This document shows positions 1-13,036 of a DNA stretch of 38,398 bases, one piece after another (within the stretch, counting starts at the first letter, position 1; every line of letters begins with the position of its first letter). A program made the position numbers and the translations under genes. The stretch is from positions 1 to 38,398 of the forward strand of contig JBBQYG010000018.1 of the NCBI GenBank assembly GCA_038208905.1, in the 5' to 3' direction. This stretch comes from Candidatus Sumerlaeia bacterium. GTDB taxonomy: Bacteria > Sumerlaeota > Sumerlaeia > SLMS01. The notes below the pieces were generated by a model that was not told the origin of the DNA, searched no databases, and saw only the letters and a list, made by a program, of their open reading frames with translations.

Positions 1-1614
1 GTGTTTGATCTGGAGGGAAATCGGCTGGGCATTGGGGTGACTCCGATCCGGATCTGGAGGCCGGAGACGGATTTCGTGGAGCAGAGTTCCGACAATATCT
101 GGTCCGCCGTGTGCCGATGTGTGAGCGAGGCGATGGACGCGGCGGGGGCCCGGGCGGACCGGGTGGCGGGGGTGGGGTTCGACGCGACGTGTTCGCTGGT
201 GGTGCTGGATCGCGAGGGGAAACCCCTGGGCGTGTCGCCCAGCGGCAAGCCCGCCCAGAACGTGATCGCGTGGATGGACCATCGCGCGACGCCGCAGGCG
301 GAGAAGATCAACGCCCTGGGCCATCCGGTGCTGAAGTACGTGGGCGGGCGCATCTCTCCGGAGATGGAAACGCCCAAGCTGCTGTGGCTGAAGAACCACA
401 TGCCCGGCGCTTTTGCGGCGGCGGGGCATTTCTTCGACTTGCCGGACTGGCTGGCGTTCCGCGCGACGGGGGACGCGACACGGTCGCTCTGCACGACGGT
501 GTGCAAGTGGACCTACCTTGGCCACGAGCAGGCGCCCGCCGGCTCGCCGAGCGTGGGGCGGTGGGAGGCGGACTACTTCGAGAAGATCGGCCTTGGAGAG
601 TTGGCGCGCGAGGGCTTCGAGCGCATCGGCACACGCGTCCGCCCGATGGGCGAGGCGATGGGGGCGGGGCTTACGCCGAAGGCGGCGAAGGAGCTGGGGT
701 TGCTACCGGGCACAGCGGTGGGTGTGGCGATCATCGACGCCCACGCGGGGGGCCTGGGGCTGATGGGAATCTCGACGGGAAAGAAGCGCCTGGGCCCGGC
801 GGATTTCGAGAAGCGCCTGGCGCTGATCGCCGGGACATCCTCCTGCCACATGGCGGCGAGCCGGGCTCCGATGTATATACAAGGAATCTGGGGGCCGTAT
901 TTCTCCGCGATGATCCCGGGGATGTGGCTGACGGAGGCGGGCCAGTCGGCGAGCGGCGCGCTGTTGGATCACATCGTCTTTTCGCACGCGCGCTCCGGCG
1001 AGTTGGAGAAAGAGGCGCGCATCGAGGGGACGACCGTGTATGAGCTGCTGAATCGCCGACTCTCCGCCATCGCGGAGTCGCGCGGCGTCTCCGCGCCGGC
1101 GCTCCTGACCGCGGACCGCCACGTGCTCCCCTACTTCCATGGCAACCGGTCGCCGCGGGCGGATCCTTCGCTGAGGGGAATGATGACGGGCCTGCCGCTG
1201 GACAACTCGGCGGACGAGTTGGCGATCCTGTATCTGGCGACTCTGCACGGCATCGCCTATGGCACGCGCCACATCGTGGAGGAGATGAAGAAGAAGGGCT
1301 ACTCGATCTCCACGATTCTGGCCACTGGCGGCGGGGCCAGGAACCGCGTGTACCTGCAGGAGCACGCCGACATCACCGGTTGCGAGATCGTGCTGGGCCG
1401 CGAGCCGGAGAGCGTCCTGCTTGGGTCCGCGATCCTTGGCGCGGTGGCCTCCGGCAACCACGCCGACATTCCGGCGGCGATGCAGGCGATGAGCCAGGCG
1501 GGGGATTCGGTCAGGCCGCGCAAGGGGAAGCTGGCCGCCTATCACCAGAAGAAATACCACGTCTTTCACGAGCTGTACGCCGAGAGCCAGAAGCTGCGCC
1601 GGATCATGGAATAA
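1..1614 (+). CDS. FGGY-family carbohydrate (pentulose/D-ribulose) kinase, probably 5'-truncated by the window edge
   Basis: Motifs GFDATCSLV, WMDHRA, ISPEME, IIDAHAGG, GTSSCHM, FHGNRSPRAD, EAGQSA typical of FGGY pentulose kinases; the expected N-terminal DxGT motif is missing, so the start probably lies upstream. Confidence 0.9.
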   Translation: MFDLEGNRLGIGVTPIRIWRPETDFVEQSSDNIWSAVCRCVSEAMDAAGARADRVAGVGFDATCSLVVLDREGKPLGVSPSGKPAQNVIAWMDHRATPQAEKINALGHPVLKYVGGRISPEMETPKLLWLKNHMPGAFAAAGHFFDLPDWLAFRATGDATRSLCTTVCKWTYLGHEQAPAGSPSVGRWEADYFEKIGLGELAREGFERIGTRVRPMGEAMGAGLTPKAAKELGLLPGTAVGVAIIDAHAGGLGLMGISTGKKRLGPADFEKRLALIAGTSSCHMAASRAPMYIQGIWGPYFSAMIPGMWLTEAGQSASGALLDHIVFSHARSGELEKEARIEGTTVYELLNRRLSAIAESRGVSAPALLTADRHVLPYFHGNRSPRADPSLRGMMTGLPLDNSADELAILYLATLHGIAYGTRHIVEEMKKKGYSISTILATGGGARNRVYLQEHADITGCEIVLGREPESVLLGSAILGAVASGNHADIPAAMQAMSQAGDSVRPRKGKLAAYHQKKYHVFHELYAESQKLRRIME

Positions 1615-1705
1615 GGCGTTTCCGTGGAATTGCAGCGTGGGGAGCCTTGTTTTCAGGCGTCCCCTTGACCCCCCGGGGCGCGCCGGAGCCAAACTCCCCG
1701 CATAA

Positions 1706-3055
<1,350 letters not shown>

Positions 3056-3098
3056 GGCGTGGCGCGGGCCTCACGCCCGCGAGTTGCCGTTACCGTTG

Positions 3099-3140
3099 AA
3101 AAATCCCCCCCGGCACCACGATTCGGAGCCGGGGGGGATT
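3099..3140. terminator. Probable intrinsic terminator between convergent genes
   Basis: 13-bp stem AATCCCCCCCGGC / GCCGGGGGGGATT; A-run at 3099-3103 gives a U-tail on the minus strand. Confidence 0.6.
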
Positions 3141-3176
3141 GTGTATATCCTGCTGACTTGGCCGTTGCGGGCTGCG

Positions 3177-3231
3177 TGGACGAAATGGACTTGATGGACG
3201 TCCATCGTGTCCATGCAGTCCACTTGGTCCA
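3177..3231. repeat. Palindromic array of 9-bp-period pentamers (TGGAC x3, then GTCCA x4)
   Basis: TGGAC at 3177, 3186, 3195; GTCCA at 3200, 3209, 3218, 3227; dyad centre GATGGAC|GTCCATC. Confidence 0.85.
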
Positions 3232-3286
3232 TCGGATTGGCTGGATGAATCGCAATTGCAGGCGCGGGCCGGGGCGCCCGCGCCAC

Positions 3287-3778
3287 TCAGTTGGCTGGAA
3301 TGTCGGCGACGATGGGGACGAGGAACATGATGCCCTGATCGGGCGCGCGGAAGACGAGTTTCTTGCCGAGCGGGTCGAATCCGTCGCGCACCATGAACTC
3401 GCGAACGCCCTTGTCACCGGGGCGCAGGGTCAACGGCGCGGCGAAGGTGCCAAGCTCGATGGCGGGGGGACGCAGTGGCACCAGGTCGGTCTGCTTGTTG
3501 GGGCCCTTGATGATGGCCACATTCACGGGGCCCACGAGTACGTTGTATTGCGTGCTGTTGCGGAACGAGACGACGACGCGCTGGCCGATGGCGCGCGCGT
3601 GGACGCCGAAGTTCTTGTCGAACTCCGTGGGCTCCACGAAGGGGGCGTACTCGGTCGATACGACCAGATTAATGTCATCGCGCTTGAGGGCTTCGGCTTC
3701 CGCCTTGGGCTTGCGGGAGCAGGCGGGGAGCGCGGCGATTGCGCAAAGGACGGCGGCGACCAGGGCTTGGCGGATCAT
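3287..3778 (-). CDS. Hypothetical lipoprotein
   Basis: Signal peptide with lipobox LPAC; ATGA overlap with the upstream kinase stop codon. Confidence 0.75.
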   Translation of the reverse strand: MIRQALVAAVLCAIAALPACSRKPKAEAEALKRDDINLVVSTEYAPFVEPTEFDKNFGVHARAIGQRVVVSFRNSTQYNVLVGPVNVAIIKGPNKQTDLVPLRPPAIELGTFAAPLTLRPGDKGVREFMVRDGFDPLGKKLVFRAPDQGIMFLVPIVADIPAN

Positions 3779-5211
3779 CGTTCCATTTGTTCCGGAGGGG
3801 GAGTTGGGGTGGCGACCGCGTCGGACTCCAGCGTCGCATTGGTGACTTCCTGTTCGCGAAGCCGGAGGTTTTCAGCCTCGCGTAGTTCGCGTTCGCGCGC
3901 GGGCGATATGGCGCCGGTCAGGGGCGTGGCGGGGTCCATCGGAGTTTGAGCAACTGCATCGGGGGGATCGGACGAAAAGCTGATGATGGCGAGCACGCCA
4001 AGGCCAATCACCAAGCCCGCGAATAACAATCCCGTCACGATCCTGATGATCTTGTTGGCGCCAACGGGCTTTTCCGCCGGGGGGGCGGAGGCGCCGCCGC
4101 GCAGAAGGACGCCCGTGGCGGAAGTGCTGGGGCTGCGATGGATTGGCGGCAGCGTCTTGCCCGACGGGACGACACGGTTCTGCTCCGCGGAAGGCGGGCG
4201 GGTTGTCTCCGGCGATTTCTTCACCTCGGAGGAGGACGCGGAGCCAGCGGAGCCCTTCCTGAAATCCGTTCCAGAATAGAGCGACGAAGAAGTCGAGGTC
4301 GAGCGGCGGTTGAAGAGCGACGTGATGCTGACAGACTGATCCTTGAGTGCCTTGAGGAGATCGTCGCAGAATTCGGCGGCGGACTGATACCGGTCCTCGC
4401 GGTTGGGCGCCATCGCCTGAAAGATCACGGCGTCCACGGCGACGGGGATCTCGTTGTTCACTTCGGAGGGCGCGGCGAACTCGCCCACGGGCATGCGGCG
4501 CGCCATCATCTTGTAGAAGGCCACGGCCAGCGAGTAGATGTCGGCCCGGTGATCCACGTTGCCCGAATCGTTGGCTTGCTCGGGCGCCATGTAGTGCGTG
4601 GTGCCGATGGGCCCGCCGGAGCCCGTCGCTTCGGCGACGGCGTCTCCGGTGACGATGTGGGCGATGCCGAAGTCGCCGAGCTTCACCTGGCCATCGGAAT
4701 TGACGAGGATGTTGGATGGCTTGATGTCGCGGTGAACGACGCCGCGCTTGTGGATGTACTCGAGGGCATCGCGACAGGAAGCGATCACTTTTTTCCAGTC
4801 GGCGGACGTGAGTCGGTTTTCCACAATTTTCTTGTCGAGGTCCTCGCCGTCCACGTACTCCATGACGAAGAAGTAAACGCTTCCTTCCGAGCCACGGTCG
4901 ATGATGGTGATGATGTTGGCGTGGGAGAGCGTGGCAAGGGCGCCGGACTCGGCGGCAAAGCGCTCGATGAAGGAGGCGTCGGCGCAGAATCGGGGATGCA
5001 GGGCCTTGATGGCGACGGGGCGGTTGAGGCTTTTCTGCGTGGCCTTGTAGACCATCGCCATGCCGCCCTCGCCGATCTTCTCGACGATCTCGTAGTTTCC
5101 CCCGACGATCTGGCCCGGCATCAGGTTTGCCGGAGAACGGAGCGAGCCCGGGGGAGTCTGAAGATTCCCGCGAGCCCCTCCCTGATCGCCAGTGCTGGCA
5201 ACCTCCGCCAT
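3775..5211 (-). CDS. Membrane-anchored Hanks-type Ser/Thr protein kinase
   Basis: GEGGMA, VAIK, HRDIKPSN, DFGIA, GTTHYMAPE, ADIYSL motifs; Ser-rich linker, one TM helix, short C-terminal tail; start taken at ATG 5211. Confidence 0.95.
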   Translation of the reverse strand: MAEVASTGDQGGARGNLQTPPGSLRSPANLMPGQIVGGNYEIVEKIGEGGMAMVYKATQKSLNRPVAIKALHPRFCADASFIERFAAESGALATLSHANIITIIDRGSEGSVYFFVMEYVDGEDLDKKIVENRLTSADWKKVIASCRDALEYIHKRGVVHRDIKPSNILVNSDGQVKLGDFGIAHIVTGDAVAEATGSGGPIGTTHYMAPEQANDSGNVDHRADIYSLAVAFYKMMARRMPVGEFAAPSEVNNEIPVAVDAVIFQAMAPNREDRYQSAAEFCDDLLKALKDQSVSITSLFNRRSTSTSSSLYSGTDFRKGSAGSASSSEVKKSPETTRPPSAEQNRVVPSGKTLPPIHRSPSTSATGVLLRGGASAPPAEKPVGANKIIRIVTGLLFAGLVIGLGVLAIISFSSDPPDAVAQTPMDPATPLTGAISPARERELREAENLRLREQEVTNATLESDAVATPTPPPEQMER

Positions 5212-5451
5212 GATGCGCGAACCCTTCCAATCCAGAAATGTTGCCTTCGCCAACCACCGGCGAGAGCCATTGGTTTCCGCTTCAACCATCACGCCTTGGG
5301 CGTGAGTACCCGTTTGGAAGGGATGCCATCAACTGTAAAATCAAGGGAATCAGAACACGGGGCTTGAGGGCAGACCCCGCCGCGACCATGGTTGGACTCG
5401 CTTCGCGAGTGCTCGTGGGGCGGCGAATCCATTCTGCCTCCAAGGTGTGCA

Positions 5452-5910
5452 GTGAATCAACTACGGCACAGCTTCGAAGTGGCGGCCTCCGTCTCGGCCG
5501 TCTTCTCCTTCTACACCAACGTGGACAACGTCCCACGGATGGCGATGCCAGACTTGAATCTGCGCATCTTGCGCGCCGACCGTCCGATGCGCCAGGGGGC
5601 CCGAATTCTCTTTGCGACACGACCGCGCTTTGCGCCCCTGGAAGTGACGTGGTTCCTTGAGATTGCGGACTTTAAACCCAATGAGGGGTTTACCGACCGG
5701 CTGATCAAGGGACCGTTCTCCCACTGGGAGCATCGTCACGAGTTCCGGTCTCTGGGAGAGAATCGCACCGCGGTTGAAGACTCCTTGGAATTTGGAAGCG
5801 CCAATCCGCTGCTGGATCGCCTTGCGGGAATTGGCTTCGTCGTCTCCAAGCTGAACGAATCCTTTCGCCACCGGGAACGCGTGGTGAGGGAGAGCTTGGA
5901 GCCCCGCTAG
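5452..5910 (+). CDS. SRPBCC (START-like/polyketide cyclase) family protein
   Basis: FTDRLIKGPFSHWEHRHEF motif typical of SRPBCC proteins; GTG start at 5452 is inferred. Confidence 0.8.
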   Translation: MNQLRHSFEVAASVSAVFSFYTNVDNVPRMAMPDLNLRILRADRPMRQGARILFATRPRFAPLEVTWFLEIADFKPNEGFTDRLIKGPFSHWEHRHEFRSLGENRTAVEDSLEFGSANPLLDRLAGIGFVVSKLNESFRHRERVVRESLEPR

Positions 5911-6033
5911 GGCGAGGGCATTTCTCCACAGGATTGTCACTTGGCGTGGCTCTGGTCGTTCCCATATACTCCCCGGCTTGGGCCCCAATTGGATGAGGGG
6001 AACACGCCACACGATCCGCAGGGACAGCAACCC

Positions 6034-6846
6034 ATGTCCATCGCCAATGCCAAGCCCGTCGTCGAAGCACCGCGTGCGGTGGCCCCCGTGGAGCTGCCGT
6101 ATGTGGACATCGAGGCGCTGAGCATTTTCTATGGAGAGAAGAAGGCAGTTCACGAGGTCAGCCTGAGCGTAAGGAAGAATCACGTGCTGGCGCTGATCGG
6201 GCCGTCGGGATGCGGGAAGTCCACGCTGATCAAGACGGTAAACCGGATCATTGATCTGGTGCCCGGCGCGCGGGCGGAAGGCGCGGTGCGCATCGGCGGC
6301 GAGAACATTCTGGCCCCCGGGGTGGACCTGATCAATCTGCGCCAGCGCGTGGGCATGGTGTTCCAGCGCCCGAATCCGTTTCCCAAGTCGATCTTCGACA
6401 ATGTGGCATATGGGCTGAAGGTTCACGGCCTGACCGATCGTGGAACCGTGAAGGATGTGGTGGAGTGGGCGCTGAAGCATGCCGCGCTATGGGACGAAGT
6501 GAAGGACCGCCTGAAGCAAAGCGCGCTGACGCTCTCGGGCGGGCAGCAGCAGCGCCTGTGTATCGCGCGCGCGCTGGCGGTTCAGCCCGATGTGCTTCTG
6601 ATGGACGAGCCTTGCTCCGCACTTGATCCGATCGCGACCGGCAAGATCGAGGAGCTGATCCAGGAACTGAAGCGCGAATATACGATCATGATCGTGACGC
6701 ACAACATGCAGCAGGCGGGCCGCGTATCCGACGACACCGCGCTGATGTGGCTCGGCAAGCTGATCGAGATTGGGCCGACGCGGGAGGTCTTCACCAACCC
6801 CAAGGACCCGGTCACGGAGAACTACATCTCCGGCCGCGCGGGCTGA
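6034..6846 (+). CDS. pstB: Phosphate ABC transporter ATP-binding protein
   Basis: [66 protein letters not shown]. Confidence 0.95.
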   Translation: MSIANAKPVVEAPRAVAPVELPYVDIEALSIFYGEKKAVHEVSLSVRKNHVLALIGPSGCGKSTLIKTVNRIIDLVPGARAEGAVRIGGENILAPGVDLINLRQRVGMVFQRPNPFPKSIFDNVAYGLKVHGLTDRGTVKDVVEWALKHAALWDEVKDRLKQSALTLSGGQQQRLCIARALAVQPDVLLMDEPCSALDPIATGKIEELIQELKREYTIMIVTHNMQQAGRVSDDTALMWLGKLIEIGPTREVFTNPKDPVTENYISGRAG

Positions 6847-8312
6847 AGCCGCAGCTCGCGGTCCCCAGCAATCACAAGAACATCCGGTTCAGGGAAATCC
6901 TCGTTGGAGTCGCGGGGGTTCTGCACGTTTGCGCGCGGGACGCCGAGGCGGATCGAGAGCCCTTCGGCACCCCCGATAGCCGCGAAGAACGGGCGGTCTT
7001 CCGCGACCACGCCGACGCGAATGACATCGCGACGGCCCGCGTATGATTTCCCGAATTGCAGAGCGAGGTCGGCGAGTTGCGACTCCGCCGCGGCAGCGCG
7101 CGCCAGTGTGGCGGGATAGGGCGCGAGGCGCTCGGCCTGCATCAGCAGCGACTTCGCCAAGTAAGCCATGCAGATCACGGTGATCAGATGCCACTTCCAG
7201 TCAATCGCCGCAAGGAAGGCAATGCCCACCAACACGGGCCATGCGCCCAGTGCCAGCAACGCGTAGTAGGGATAGCAGTTCCACCCCAGCGGTAGATAGG
7301 GCGCGATTCCAGCCAGCCAGAAGACGCCGAGCCCCGCGAGGCGGCGAGCGGGGACAATCCGACGCGCCTGCCGGATGGAGATGGCCAGCAGAGCCAGAAA
7401 CACGAGGCTGGCGACCACGCCCTTGATGAAGGCGACGAGATGCCACTCGCCCAACAGGAGGCGCGGCACCTCTCTCGTCAGCCCGACGGAGAACGCCCCC
7501 AGCCCCGCGGCATTGCGCAGCACGTTGATCCCAATCCGCATCCCGTAGGCCGAATCGGTATCGGGAGCGGAGAGCATCGCCGAACGCACGCCAAGCCACG
7601 CGGCGACGACAACAAGCCAGCACGCGCCGACCAACGCCCATTTGCGAAACGACGGCCTGCCGAGCAGGATTGCGAGCGACACCGCCAGGACCGGGAGCAT
7701 CACCGGCCCCTCCTTGCTCAGGAGCGCGCAGGCAAGCAGGATCGGCGTGGCGAAGAGAATCACCCCCTCGAATCGCGAGGGGGAAGGGCTCCACAAGACA
7801 ACCACTCCGCGCAGGAACAACCCGGAGAAGAACAGCGCCACCAGCTCCTGAGCGCAGCTCGCCCACGCCAACGGCATAAAGAACGCGCCGTGAAATCCAT
7901 ACGCGAGCGTGGCGGCGAACGTCGCCATCCGCATGGAACCATCGGGCCTGATCACGCGCGCCGCCGCCCCCGCAAACCAACCCATCGACGCGACCGCCCC
8001 GACGAACAACATCATCGAAATCGAGTGCGCCGCCAGCGCGCTTCCCTCCAGCGGCCCCGCCACCAGTTCCCAATAGGGCACCACGCCAAGGGGACGCCAA
8101 AACGAATCCCCCGCCGCCGGCAGCAATTGCTCCGCCAGCGATAACGCCCGCGCCCGGCTCAGCAGCGCGTAGTCATCCTGCCAATAGGGCGTATAGACAA
8201 CGCCCGCCCATGCCATCGCGGCGATCAACGCCCCCGCGATGGCACTGGGCAGGATGTGTGTTGGGAAAGGCGCGGCGGAAGGGACAGACGAATCGCAAGC
8301 GTTGCCGTTCAT
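6822..8312 (-). CDS. Polytopic membrane protein, probably GT-C-fold glycosyltransferase-like; start uncertain
   Basis: About 10-12 hydrophobic segments; WQDDY and FWRPL loop motifs and a later LLSKE motif resemble GT-C proteins. Confidence 0.6.
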   Translation of the reverse strand: MNGNACDSSVPSAAPFPTHILPSAIAGALIAAMAWAGVVYTPYWQDDYALLSRARALSLAEQLLPAAGDSFWRPLGVVPYWELVAGPLEGSALAAHSISMMLFVGAVASMGWFAGAAARVIRPDGSMRMATFAATLAYGFHGAFFMPLAWASCAQELVALFFSGLFLRGVVVLWSPSPSRFEGVILFATPILLACALLSKEGPVMLPVLAVSLAILLGRPSFRKWALVGACWLVVVAAWLGVRSAMLSAPDTDSAYGMRIGINVLRNAAGLGAFSVGLTREVPRLLLGEWHLVAFIKGVVASLVFLALLAISIRQARRIVPARRLAGLGVFWLAGIAPYLPLGWNCYPYYALLALGAWPVLVGIAFLAAIDWKWHLITVICMAYLAKSLLMQAERLAPYPATLARAAAAESQLADLALQFGKSYAGRRDVIRVGVVAEDRPFFAAIGGAEGLSIRLGVPRANVQNPRDSNEDFPEPDVLVIAGDRELRLQPARPEM

Positions 8313-8326
8313 CCCTCATCCCTGCT
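8301..8326 (-). repeat. GGGATGA heptamer repeat directly after a stop codon
   Basis: Minus strand reads AGCAGGGATGAGGGATGAACGGCAAC; near-identical copies at 14587 (+) and 14741-14766 (-). Confidence 0.75.
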
Positions 8327-8328
8327 TT

Positions 8329-9717
8329 TCAGTTTCCCTCAAGCCGATCCGCGATCGCGAAAGCCAGCTCCATCGCCTGCTCGTAATTCAGGCGCGGATC
8401 GCAGAGGGACTGGTATCGGGTGCTCAGGTCATCCTCGGTCACGCCGCTGGCGCCGCCGACGCATTCTGTCACGTTGTCTGCCGTTAGTTCGAAGTGAACG
8501 CCGCCGAGCACGGAGCCCATGCGCTGGTGCACCGCGATGGCGTCGCTGAGTTCGTTGAGAATTGCCGAGACGTGGCGCGTCTTGATGCCGCTCCCCGTGC
8601 TGACGGTGTTGCCGTGCATGGGATCGCAGACCCACACAGGGAGGCGACCCGTGCGGCGCATGGCCTCGATGAGGCCCGGCATCACGCGCTCCACGTTCCC
8701 CTCGCCCATGCGGGCGATGAGGACAAGGCGGCCCGGCTCCATCGTGGGGTCCAGCGCCTCCGCTAGGCACACCAATTCGTCCGGAGTGACCTTGGGGCCG
8801 ATCTTGATCCCGATAGGGTTGCGGATGCCGCGGAAGTATTCGATGTGGGCATGGCCGAGGGCGCGCGTGCGCTCACCCACCCACGGCAGGTGGCATCCAA
8901 GATTGTAGAACCCGGCGCGGCGCGGGACCTGACGGGTCAGGGCCGACTCGTAGTGGAGGCTGAGCCCCTCGTGGCTTGCGTAGAAGGCGCCCTCGGTGAT
9001 CTCCGCGATGCGGCGACCGGTCAGGGCCTCCATCAAATCGATGGCATTGCCGATGGATTCGGTACGGCTGCGATAGGTCTCGCGCAGTTCCTCGGGGAGG
9101 CCGGCCTTGCCGAGGAAGTTGAGGTCCCAGTACTCCGGGTGATGCAGGTCGGTAAACCCACCGTCGATCAGCGCGCGGACAAAATTGAGCGTCATCGCCG
9201 AGTGGTGGTAGGCGGAGACAAGGCGCTGGGGGTCGGGCGTGCGGCTGGCCGCGTCGAAGCTGGAACCGTTGATCAGGTCGCCGTAGTAGGACGAGAGCGA
9301 GACGCCATTGCGGGTCTCCAGCGCGCTTGAGCGCGGCTTGGCGTACTGGCCGGCGAGGCGCCCCACGCGAATGACGGGGCGCTTGAGCCCGTCGAGGAGC
9401 ACGAGGCTCATCTGGAGCAGAATCTTGAGCTTGTTGGTGATATTGTGGGAGTTGCACTCCGCGAAGGTCTCCGCGCAGTCGCCGCCTTGCAGGAGGAACC
9501 GCTTTCCAACGGCGGCCTCGGCAAGGGCGGTGCGGAGCTTCTCGATCTCCCAGCTCGTCACCAGCGGAGGGAGCGTGGAGAGATGCGCCGCGGCATCGTC
9601 AAGGGCCTCGGGATCGGGATACGCCGGCGCCTGGAGGATCGGGAGCGACCTCCATCCATTGGGATCCCATGCGGAATCGAGGCGGCTTTCTTCGGGACGA
9701 CTGATGGTCTGACTCAA
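8329..9717 (-). CDS. Class II 3-deoxy-7-phosphoheptulonate (DAHP) synthase
   Basis: LQGGDCAE, GRLAGQYAKPRS, WVGERTR, CDPMHGNT, GGVHFELT, CDPRLN motifs. Confidence 0.96.
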   Translation of the reverse strand: MSQTISRPEESRLDSAWDPNGWRSLPILQAPAYPDPEALDDAAAHLSTLPPLVTSWEIEKLRTALAEAAVGKRFLLQGGDCAETFAECNSHNITNKLKILLQMSLVLLDGLKRPVIRVGRLAGQYAKPRSSALETRNGVSLSSYYGDLINGSSFDAASRTPDPQRLVSAYHHSAMTLNFVRALIDGGFTDLHHPEYWDLNFLGKAGLPEELRETYRSRTESIGNAIDLMEALTGRRIAEITEGAFYASHEGLSLHYESALTRQVPRRAGFYNLGCHLPWVGERTRALGHAHIEYFRGIRNPIGIKIGPKVTPDELVCLAEALDPTMEPGRLVLIARMGEGNVERVMPGLIEAMRRTGRLPVWVCDPMHGNTVSTGSGIKTRHVSAILNELSDAIAVHQRMGSVLGGVHFELTADNVTECVGGASGVTEDDLSTRYQSLCDPRLNYEQAMELAFAIADRLEGN

Positions 9718-9838
9718 CTTGGTTGGGTTTCTCGGTAGGATGGTGTGCGCGCCAGCGGAGAGCCCCGCAAGACGCTTGGGGGGGCACGATGGCAGGGGTC
9801 GCGGCCACTGGCGAGCGAAAAGTGAGCCGTAAGGGTGA

Positions 9839-9866
9839 GGATTTGACGAAACGGGAAGTCAAATCC
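9839..9866. promoter_or_regulatory. Operator-like inverted repeat in the divergent DAHP synthase/treS promoter region
   Basis: Perfect 9-bp dyad GGATTTGAC-N10-GTCAAATCC. Confidence 0.4.
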
Positions 9867-9989
9867 AGTCTATCCAAGGGTTGACGGAAGGCGACGGGCG
9901 CCTGCAACATGGCTGCTCCGATCAGGAGCGAGTTGCGAGGCAATCGTGGGTTTCATAGGTACCAATCCGGGCAAGGAAGCCACTTCATC

Positions 9990-11602
<1,613 letters not shown>

Positions 11603-11630
<28 letters not shown>

Positions 11631-13036
11631 GGGATGGACCCGATGAATCCCTCGATCCACCGGAACACGTCGTTTCGGCGGATGCCGGTGCGAAGGCGTT
11701 TCATCCGCGACTGCCGTTCCGCGGCGGGCATGTTGACGGCGCGGTGGATCGCGTCGGCCATCGCCTCGTTGTCGTGGGGATTGACGAGGAGGGCGCCATC
11801 GCGGAGCTGGATGGCGGAGCCCGCGAACTCACTCAGGATCAGCACGCCGTTGTCCTCCACGCAGGAGGCGCAGTACTCCTTGCTGACGAGGTTCATGCCG
11901 TCCTTGAGCGGCGTGACGAGGCATACCTCCGATGCGCGGTAGTAGCCAAGCAACTCGGTGAATCCCACGGAGCGATACATGTAGTGCAGGGGCATCCATC
12001 CGCCGACGGCAAAGCGGCCGTTGATCTCCCCCACCGTCTGATCCATGCGGGCCTTCCAATTGCCGTACTCGGGAATATCGGCGCGGCTTGGGATGACGAT
12101 CTGGAGCAGGGTGACCCGGCGATTGAGATCGGGATACTTCTCCAGAGCGCGCTCGTAGGCGCGGAACTTCGCGATGATGCCCTTTGTGTAGTCGAGCCGA
12201 TCCACGCCAAGAAGCATCTGCTGGTTCGGATAGTCCTCGTGTATATACCAGGCGGCCTCCTGCACCTCCTGGGCGCGGGCCTTCTCTTCGAAATCGCGAG
12301 AGTCTATGCTGATGGGAAACGCCCCCGCGCGGACAGTTCCGTGGCAGGTGCGAATGGTGGTGATGTTGCGACCGACATCCACATCGGCGTCGGATATGAA
12401 CTGGCGGACACAGGCGGCGAAATTGCGCAGGTCCCGCTGTGTCTGGAAGCCGATCAAATCGTTGGAGAGCATTCCGCGGATGATTTGCTCTCTCCAGGGA
12501 AGGCGGGCGAAAAGATCGGGGCCGGGGAACGGGATATGCAGGAACCACGCAATGGGATTCTTGACGCCCAGCTTGCGGAGTTCCTCCCCCACCAGGATCA
12601 ACTGGTAGTCATTCACCCAGATCACGTTGCCGGGCTCGACGGTCTTGGCCACCACCTCGGCGAAGATCCGATTGGATTCCTCGTAGGCCAGCCACTTGTC
12701 CTGCTCGAAGCGCGCGTGCCCCAGCAGGTCGTGAAACAGCGGCCACAGCGTCTCGTTGGAGAAGCCGTAGTAGAATCCATCCACAAGCCGGTCGCTCAAT
12801 TCCACCGGGACAAACTGGCAACCGAGTTCGGCACCCAGCTTGCCAAGGAGTTCGCCCAGCGGGGCGCCCTCGGCAGTGCCCGGCCAGCCGACCCAGCCGC
12901 CGCCGTATTCCGCCAGGATCGGGCGCAGCGCCGTGATTAAACCCCCGGAAGCCGGCATCACGTCCCAGTTTCCGTCCGCTTCGTTGCGAACGACGATCGG
13001 CAATCGATTCGACACGATTAGCATTGGCCGATTCAT
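11603..13036 (-). CDS. otsA: Trehalose-6-phosphate synthase (GT20)
   Basis: [52 protein letters not shown]. Confidence 0.96.

Noticed and set aside
3177-3231. Short repeats as a CRISPR array
   Set aside because: Units are 5 bp with 4-bp linkers, far below CRISPR dimensions; no cas genes present
3059-3949. 296-aa plus-strand ORF after eno and similar alternative-frame ORFs across the window
   Set aside because: They overlap better-supported genes or repeats and have no recognisable motifs
5934-5946. TTGTCAC as a Pho box upstream of pstB
   Set aside because: Only one half-site; no second repeat at 11-bp spacing
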